Shown here: positions 58,270 through 64,000 of the stretch, in pieces
Position numbering within the stretch: position 1 is the stretch's first letter
Layout: each line of letters starts with the position of its first letter
Source of the DNA: an uncultured Acidobacteriota bacterium
GTDB taxonomy: Bacteria; Actinomycetota; Acidimicrobiia; Spongiisociales; ZC4RG35
Length of the DNA: 64,000 nucleotides
Direction of reading: 5' to 3'
NCBI GenBank assembly: GCA_963828465.1
Contig: CAWHEU010000024.1
Location: forward strand, 32,001 to 96,000
The notes under the pieces: generated by a model
Told to the model about the DNA's origin: nothing
The model's input: the letters and a program-made list of their open reading frames with translations, nothing else
Databases searched by the model: none
Translations under genes and position numbers: made by a program

Positions 58270-59473
58270 GCTCGATGACCGTGCTGATCCCCTGGCCCAC
58301 CCCGATGCACATCGTGGCTAGCCCGTAGCGGCCGCCCCGACGCACCAACTCATGGGTGAGGGTGGTGAGTATCCGTGCCCCGGAAGCCCCGAGTGGGTGC
58401 CCGATGGCGATCGCCCCGCCGTTGACGTTGACCCGCTCCTGATCGATCTCCAGCAATCGCATGCTGGCCACGGCCTGGGAGGCGAAGGCTTCGTTTATCT
58501 CGACCAGGTCGAGGTCGTCAGGACCGATCCCGGCTCGCTTCATCGCCTTCTCCGAAGCCGGCACCGGGCCGATCCCCATCACATCGGGGTGGACTCCCGC
58601 CGCGGCCGAAGACACGATCCGGGCCATCGGAGTCAGGCCATGGGTGGCCAACCCGGCGTCGGTCGCGAGAATCAGGGCAGCGGCCCCGTCGTTCATCGGC
58701 GATGAGTTGCCCGCCGTGACGGTCCCATCCTCCTTGAAGACGGGGGCGAGCTTGGCCAGTGCTTCCATCGAGGTGTCCGCCCTCGGCCCTTCATCAGCTT
58801 CGATCAACCTCGTCTCCCGGCGTCGGGAGTCGACGGGTGCCTCGATAGGCTCGATCTCGTCGTGGAAGCGACCAGCCGCGACCGCCGCCAGGGCCAACTG
58901 GTGACTGCGCAGCGCAAAGGCGTCCTGGTCCTCCCGACTGACGTCGTACTTGGCAGCAACAACCTCGGCAGTCATACCGAGTGTGATCGGCGGGTAGAGC
59001 TCGTTCATCCTCGGGTTGACCAGGCGCCAGCCGAGAACTGTGTCGACGATCTCGGGTGCGCCGGTGGCGAACGGGCGTTCTGGCTTCGTCATCACGTAGG
59101 GCGAGCGAGTCATCGACTCGGATCCTCCGACCAAGACGACGTCACCCCACCCGCCGGCAAGGGCGTGCGCCCCCGAGATCACCGCCTGCATCCCAGAGCC
59201 GCACAGCCGGTTGACTGTCGCTCCCGGGATCTCGATCGGGAGGCCGGCGAGGAGGCCGGCCATGCGGGCCACGTTGCGGTTGTCCTCACCCGCCTGGTTG
59301 GCCGCGCCCCAGTAGATGTCTTCGATCGCCATCGGGTCGAGATCGGGCTGGCGTCTCAGTGCTCCGGCGATGGCGTGGGCGGCCAGGTCGTCCGGCCTGA
59401 TCTGGGCGAGCTGCCCTCCGAGCTTGCCCATCGGAGTGCGACAGGCATCGACGATGTAGATGTCACCACTCAT
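58262..59473 (-). CDS. Thiolase (acetyl-CoA C-acyltransferase, PcaF/PaaJ-like)
   Basis: [40 protein letters not shown]. Confidence 0.93.
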   Translation of the reverse strand: MSGDIYIVDACRTPMGKLGGQLAQIRPDDLAAHAIAGALRRQPDLDPMAIEDIYWGAANQAGEDNRNVARMAGLLAGLPIEIPGATVNRLCGSGMQAVISGAHALAGGWGDVVLVGGSESMTRSPYVMTKPERPFATGAPEIVDTVLGWRLVNPRMNELYPPITLGMTAEVVAAKYDVSREDQDAFALRSHQLALAAVAAGRFHDEIEPIEAPVDSRRRETRLIEADEGPRADTSMEALAKLAPVFKEDGTVTAGNSSPMNDGAAALILATDAGLATHGLTPMARIVSSAAAGVHPDVMGIGPVPASEKAMKRAGIGPDDLDLVEINEAFASQAVASMRLLEIDQERVNVNGGAIAIGHPLGASGARILTTLTHELVRRGGRYGLATMCIGVGQGISTVIERV

Positions 59474-59580
59474 TCTCGATCCGTTCACATTCTCGCCAGT
59501 TGGTCCGGGTCGAATAGGGGGGAACCCCTATTTCACCCGGAATCTTGAAGCCGTATGTTCGGTTTAAAAGGACGATAGAG

Positions 59581-59673
59581 ATGAACGAGCCCCGCAGAGA
59601 CCCGATGAGCCTGGTGGCATACGCTCCGGCCGGGCTGCTCGTCCTCTACGTCCTGTTCCGCCTCATGTTCTGA
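59581..59673 (+). CDS. Putative 30-aa small membrane protein
   Basis: MNEPRRDPMSLVAYAPAGLLVLYVLFRLMF*. AAAGGA upstream, GC-rich third codon positions. Confidence 0.5.
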   Translation: MNEPRRDPMSLVAYAPAGLLVLYVLFRLMF

Positions 59674-59689
59674 GGGCTACGGTTGGCCA

Positions 59690-60250
59690 ATGGACCGACC
59701 AGACCTCCTCCCTTTCACCGAGTCCGACGAGGCAAACCGGCTGCTCGCCTCCGACGGGTTCGCCCTCCTCACCGGCATGCTGCTCGACCAGCAATTCCCC
59801 ATGGAGCGGGCCTTCTACGGCCCTCAGCTCCTCAAAGACCGCCTCGGTGTGGAACTCACCCCGGAAATCGTCGCCGCCACTCCCCTAGAGGACCTGGAGG
59901 TGATTTTTCGCGGGCCACCGGCCATCCACCGTTATCCGTCGTCGATGGCGAAGCGGACCCAGGAGCTGGCGCGGGCGGTGATCGATGACTATGACGGCAG
60001 GGCGGAGAACCTATGGGATACCGCCGTGGACGGCTCGGAGCTCCTGAGCCGTCTCCGGGCGCTACCTGGATTCGGGGCCGAGAAGTCCAGGATCTTCGTC
60101 GGCCTCCTCGGGAAACGTCTCGGAGTGCGGCCTGAAGGGTGGGAGGAGAAGGCAGCCGACTGGCCTTCGATCGCTGATGTGGCCAGTTTCGACGACGTGC
60201 TCGCCCTGCGAGAGAAGAAGAAGGCGATGAAGGCCGCCAAGCAGGCCTGA
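59690..60250 (+). CDS. HhH-GPD-type base excision repair family protein
   Basis: LLTGMLLDQQFPMERAF.GP, PAIHRYP.SMA.R, LPGFG.EK.RIF..LLGK. Confidence 0.88.
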   Translation: MDRPDLLPFTESDEANRLLASDGFALLTGMLLDQQFPMERAFYGPQLLKDRLGVELTPEIVAATPLEDLEVIFRGPPAIHRYPSSMAKRTQELARAVIDDYDGRAENLWDTAVDGSELLSRLRALPGFGAEKSRIFVGLLGKRLGVRPEGWEEKAADWPSIADVASFDDVLALREKKKAMKAAKQA

Positions 60251-60311
60251 AGTTCTCAACCGCTCCCCCGTTCCTGCCGATAGGGGGGAGCAAGGGAACG
60301 GAAGGGTATCG

Positions 60312-61172
60312 ATGCATCTCTCGGGCCAGCTCTCTGATTGGAGCATCAACGATCTGCTCCAGATCATGCAGGTCACTAAGAAGACCGGGTCACTCGACAT
60401 CGAGGGACAACGTCGCGGGCGTGTCCATTTCCGCGAGGGACGGGTCACAGGAGCCGAATTGAGCGGTCACGACGGGGCACACACCGGGTCCGATCGCGCT
60501 GGTGTCGCCGACATCCTCTACGTGCTTTCCACAGTCGCCGAGGGCTCGTTCTCCGTGGGGGCAGCCGATGGCCCCGACGCCAAGGGTTGGACGGTCGAGG
60601 AGGTCCTCGTCGATGTCGATGCGCTTCAGACCCTCGAGGGTGAGATCGCAGAGACCGGCCTGTTTGAGGCCAACGGCGTGAAGCTCATCAACGAGATCGC
60701 CGACCCGATGACCGTGGAGCCTGCCGATTGGCAGACGTTCGTCAATCTGGTGCCTACCTTCAGCTTCGGCGCCCTCGAGGCGAGGTATGGCCGCGGCACT
60801 GCAGTTCGCACCTTTCATACCCTCAATCGGCTGGGCCTCGCCGAGACCGTCGCCATACCCGAAGAAGAGGCCGAGTGGCTCGACCGCCTGGCCGAAGGTG
60901 TCGCTTCCAATGGCGCCTGGAACGGGGTCGGTGACGAGGACGAGGTTGAGCCGGTCGCCGACACAGAGTCCGAGGTCGTCGGAGACGTCACCGAGCCGGC
61001 AACGGCGGAGGAGCCCGAGGTCACCGAGCCCGAGCCGGTGAGCGTCGCCGCCTCGAAGCCGAGCCGGGCCCACGTGGAGCTCAAGGGGGTCTCCGCCCAT
61101 GCGTCGACCACCCTCACCGATGGTGTGTACGACGAGATTCGCCGTCTTCGGAGCCGGGTCGGCGATAAGTAA
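60312..61172 (+). CDS. DUF4388 domain protein
   Basis: LSGQL.D.S..DLLQ......KTG.L......G.V.F..G.V..A. Acidic tail. Confidence 0.82.
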   Translation: MHLSGQLSDWSINDLLQIMQVTKKTGSLDIEGQRRGRVHFREGRVTGAELSGHDGAHTGSDRAGVADILYVLSTVAEGSFSVGAADGPDAKGWTVEEVLVDVDALQTLEGEIAETGLFEANGVKLINEIADPMTVEPADWQTFVNLVPTFSFGALEARYGRGTAVRTFHTLNRLGLAETVAIPEEEAEWLDRLAEGVASNGAWNGVGDEDEVEPVADTESEVVGDVTEPATAEEPEVTEPEPVSVAASKPSRAHVELKGVSAHASTTLTDGVYDEIRRLRSRVGDK

Positions 61173-61183
61173 CGTCGGCGGGC

Positions 61184-61840
61184 ATGGCTGCCCGCACCGG
61201 TTCTGAGTCCGATGTCCCTCTGATAGTGGGGATCGCGGGGGGTTCCGGGTCCGGAAAGACAACCATCGCCGGCTCCCTGGTCGACCAAATGAACGGGCAG
61301 GTGGCCCTCGTCCAGCACGACGCCTACTACCGGCACACACCACAGCTCTCTTTCGAAGACCGGTCCAAGGTCAACTACGACCATCCCGCCTCATTGGAGA
61401 CGGAGCTGTTGGTGGCGCATCTGGTCGCTCTCCGATCCGGGGAGCCGGTGGAGAAGCCCTCCTACGACTTCGCACGTCATCTCCGATCCGACGAGGTGGT
61501 GATGATCGCCCCTGCGCCAGTGATCGTCGTCGAGGGGATCCTGGTGCTGGCCGAACCCGGCCTGCGAGCCGAGCTCGACCTGAAAGTCTTCGTCGACACC
61601 GATGCAGACATCCGCCTCGCCCGTCGTCTGGAGCGGGACATCGAGGAGCGGGGGCGGACTGTCACCTCCGTCATCGCCCAGTACTTCGCATCGGTCCGCC
61701 CCATGCATCTGGAATTCGTCGAGCCCTCGAAGGGGTACGCCGACGTCATCATCGAGGACGGCTTCACTTCGGAGGCGGTCGACGTGGTGATCGAGATGAT
61801 CCGCTCACAGCGAGGCTGGGATTTCGGCCCGGTCGTATGA
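61184..61840 (+). CDS. udk: Uridine kinase
   Basis: GIAGGSGSGKTT, D.YY, NYDHP, VEGIL, RRLERD, FVEPSK.YAD. Confidence 0.95.
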   Translation: MAARTGSESDVPLIVGIAGGSGSGKTTIAGSLVDQMNGQVALVQHDAYYRHTPQLSFEDRSKVNYDHPASLETELLVAHLVALRSGEPVEKPSYDFARHLRSDEVVMIAPAPVIVVEGILVLAEPGLRAELDLKVFVDTDADIRLARRLERDIEERGRTVTSVIAQYFASVRPMHLEFVEPSKGYADVIIEDGFTSEAVDVVIEMIRSQRGWDFGPVV

Positions 61841-61848
61841 TTTCTGAG

Positions 61849-62661
61849 ATGACCGCACATCCCACGGTCGCAATTATCGGTGTCGGAGCTATGGGCGAGG
61901 CTTTGCGGCGTGGCCTCGAGCGTGCCGGATGGGCGCCACAAGAGCTCTCGCTCGCCGTGCGCAGGGAGGACAGGGCGACCGAGCTCTCATCTCGCACCTC
62001 ATCCCTCGTCACGCTCGACCCCAAAGAAGCCATCGAGGGCCGTGATGTGATCGTTGTGGCGGTGAAGCCGAGGGATGTCGGCGGAGTCATCGAGCGACTC
62101 TCCAACAACATCGCCACTGGTCAGATGGTTCTCTCGCTCGCTGCCGGAGTCACGACCAGGACATACGAGGACGTTCTTGGGGAGGTCGCTGTCGTGAGGG
62201 CAATGCCGAACACGCCGGCTCTGGTTGGGGAAGGCGTAACGGGGATTGCTCGGGGCACGCACGCCGGCGAGGCGCATCTCAAGCGAGCGACGGAGGTCCT
62301 CGGAGCGGTGGGCGGGGTCAGGGTGATGGACGAATCGCTGCTGGATGCGGTGACTGCAGTGTCCGGTACCGGGCCGGCGTATGTCTTCCTCCTAGCGGAG
62401 GCGCTCACCGAGGCCGCTGTCCGGGAGGGGCTACCCCGTGACATCGCCGAGGAGTTCGTTCATCAGACCATCCGTGGCGCCGGTCATCTTCTGACCGATA
62501 CCGACACCACACCGGCCGAGCTGCGCTCACAGGTGACTTCGCCGGGAGGGACGACCGCTGCCGCCGTGCACGTGCTCGAAGAGCGGGGATTTCGGGCTCT
62601 GGTCGAGGACGCGGTCCAAGCTGCGGCGAAGCGAGCAGCAGAGCTCGGGCAGCAGGGTTGA
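61849..62661 (+). CDS. proC: Pyrroline-5-carboxylate reductase
   Basis: IGVGAMG, AVKP, SLAAG, RAMPNTP, AVSGTGPAY, VTSPGGTT. Confidence 0.95.
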   Translation: MTAHPTVAIIGVGAMGEALRRGLERAGWAPQELSLAVRREDRATELSSRTSSLVTLDPKEAIEGRDVIVVAVKPRDVGGVIERLSNNIATGQMVLSLAAGVTTRTYEDVLGEVAVVRAMPNTPALVGEGVTGIARGTHAGEAHLKRATEVLGAVGGVRVMDESLLDAVTAVSGTGPAYVFLLAEALTEAAVREGLPRDIAEEFVHQTIRGAGHLLTDTDTTPAELRSQVTSPGGTTAAAVHVLEERGFRALVEDAVQAAAKRAAELGQQG

Positions 62662-62931
62662 GTGTCTTCTCCCGAGTGGTCATGGCCCTCACCGAGGCCA
62701 GGCCAGTGGAGCGGACGATCACCGGCACCGGGCGAGGCAAGGCGCGGCTGATGCCCTTTGGGCGGGCACATCTCTGACCCGCCGGCTCGCCGAACGGCCG
62801 TCGAACGCCTGGTTCTTAGTCCGATCGGTCTTCGAGGGCTGATCCTCTCACGTGATTCGGTTCCACAGGACCGCATGTGATGCGTTTGTGTCCCAATTAC
62901 GACCTGCAGACCAACCCTAAGATCACCGCCC

Positions 62932-64000
62932 ATGGCCCTGACCGAGGAGCGGCAAGAGCAGTCCGCACCTGAGAAGCGACGCCCCGACGCATCGCAGGTC
63001 CTCGAGGGTCTCGGGATCCTCCTCGCGCTGGGGACTCTTGCACTCGGCATCCTGGGGACCATTCCCGAGCATCCGGACTTCGAAGTGGGTCGCGAGGTGT
63101 TCGGAAACATCCCCGTTGCCCTCCAAGTGGTCTTCTACGTGTCTGTGGCCGGTTTCGTCTGGCTCATGCTCCATCTCTTCGCCCGCAGGGCCAAGGGCTG
63201 GTCGCTGGGGGCGGCGGAACGCCGCACCGGGCTTTGGGGAGAGCGGATAAAGCGTCTCGGTGGCGGGCTCATGATGAAGACGCTCATGCGCGACCCCCGG
63301 GCCGGGATCACCCACGCCGCTCTGTACTACGGGTTCCTGGTCCTGTTCCTGGGCACCGTGACCCTCGAGATCGATCACATCCTTCCCTCGAACCTGAAGT
63401 TCCTCCACGGCGTCGTCTATCAGGCATACTCGGCCGTTCTCGACCTCGCCTCGCTGATCTTTCTCGGCGGGGTGGCGTTGTTCGCGCTCAACCGGTATCT
63501 GGTGAGACCGGGCCGGATCAGGACCAAGACGCGGCCCGAAGATGCACTGATCCTCCTCTTGCTCGCCGCGATCGGGCTCACTGGCCTCCTCACCGAGTCG
63601 GCTCGGATCGCCCTCGCCGGCCGGCCCGACTTCGAGGTGTGGTCCTTCGTCGGGTACCCGTTGTCGGCCCTCTTCGGTGAGGGTTCGGCGGCCGGTCTTC
63701 ACCAGGCGCTCTGGATCGTCCACGTCGCAGCTTTCGTCGGGTTCCTCGTCGTAGTCCCCGTCACCAAGCTGCGTCACATGTTCACGTCCCCAGCCAACAT
63801 GTTTCTATCCCCCCGGCCCCGTCCCAAGGGGGCGATGCGGGAGATGCCCAACCTGCTCGAGGCCGAGGACATCGAGACCATCGGTGCCTCGGTGGTGACC
63901 GATCTCACCTGGAAGCAGATCTTCGATACGGACGCCTGCACCATTTGCGGCCGCTGCACGTCGGTATGCCCGGCCAACATCACAGGGAAGCCCCTCGACC
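62932..64000 (+). CDS. Membrane Fe-S oxidoreductase (FadF / heterodisulfide reductase-related), 3' truncated by window
   Basis: Own translation: multi-TM region with H..LYYGF, TKLRHMF, then DACTICGRCTSVCPA. Open to the window end, so absent from the ORF track. Confidence 0.9.
   Translation, partial: MALTEERQEQSAPEKRRPDASQVLEGLGILLALGTLALGILGTIPEHPDFEVGREVFGNIPVALQVVFYVSVAGFVWLMLHLFARRAKGWSLGAAERRTGLWGERIKRLGGGLMMKTLMRDPRAGITHAALYYGFLVLFLGTVTLEIDHILPSNLKFLHGVVYQAYSAVLDLASLIFLGGVALFALNRYLVRPGRIRTKTRPEDALILLLLAAIGLTGLLTESARIALAGRPDFEVWSFVGYPLSALFGEGSAAGLHQALWIVHVAAFVGFLVVVPVTKLRHMFTSPANMFLSPRPRPKGAMREMPNLLEAEDIETIGASVVTDLTWKQIFDTDACTICGRCTSVCPANITGKPLD

Noticed and set aside
60263-60301. CTCCCCC...GGGGGAG hairpin as another REP copy
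   Set aside because: It lacks the upstream CCCCCTCC-hairpin half, so it may be just a terminator or a remnant.
62870-62905. Possible Rex operator upstream of the Fe-S oxidoreductase
   Set aside because: TTGTGTCCCAATTACGA matches TTGTGAA-N4-TTCACAA poorly and has the wrong spacing.

Overview
GC-rich chromosomal window, most likely from an Acidimicrobiia-like actinobacterium. This is inferred from the GCNPP-type SLH repeats, an LPXTG protein, many leaderless starts and the gene content; no search was run. It holds about 63 CDS, mainly metabolism, transport and regulation: PhoX, K+-independent H+-PPase, a TPP-riboswitch-led thiBPQ transporter, FabF, acyl-CoA catabolism genes, two ECF sigma/anti-sigma pairs, udk and proC. 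There are three tRNAs (Phe, Asp, Lys). I saw no integrase, transposase, cas gene or CRISPR array. About ten or more single-base frameshifts, mostly in short homopolymers, look like long-read assembly errors. Top observations: (1) an AbiEi-N/DUF559 nuclease gene bracketed by four 55-bp palindromic units (15-bp arm, exactly 25-nt core, 15-bp arm), two on each side; (2) an endonuclease IV-LigD/Prim-Pol fusion; (3) a c-di-GMP-II-like riboswitch whose P1 strand can occlude the SD of an LPXTG protein; (4) an unassigned ~190-nt structured RNA candidate; (5) a local ECF regulon marked by three CGAACC-N16/17-CGTA promoters; (6) a HisA-like barrel lacking its first catalytic Asp, fused to a VOC domain.
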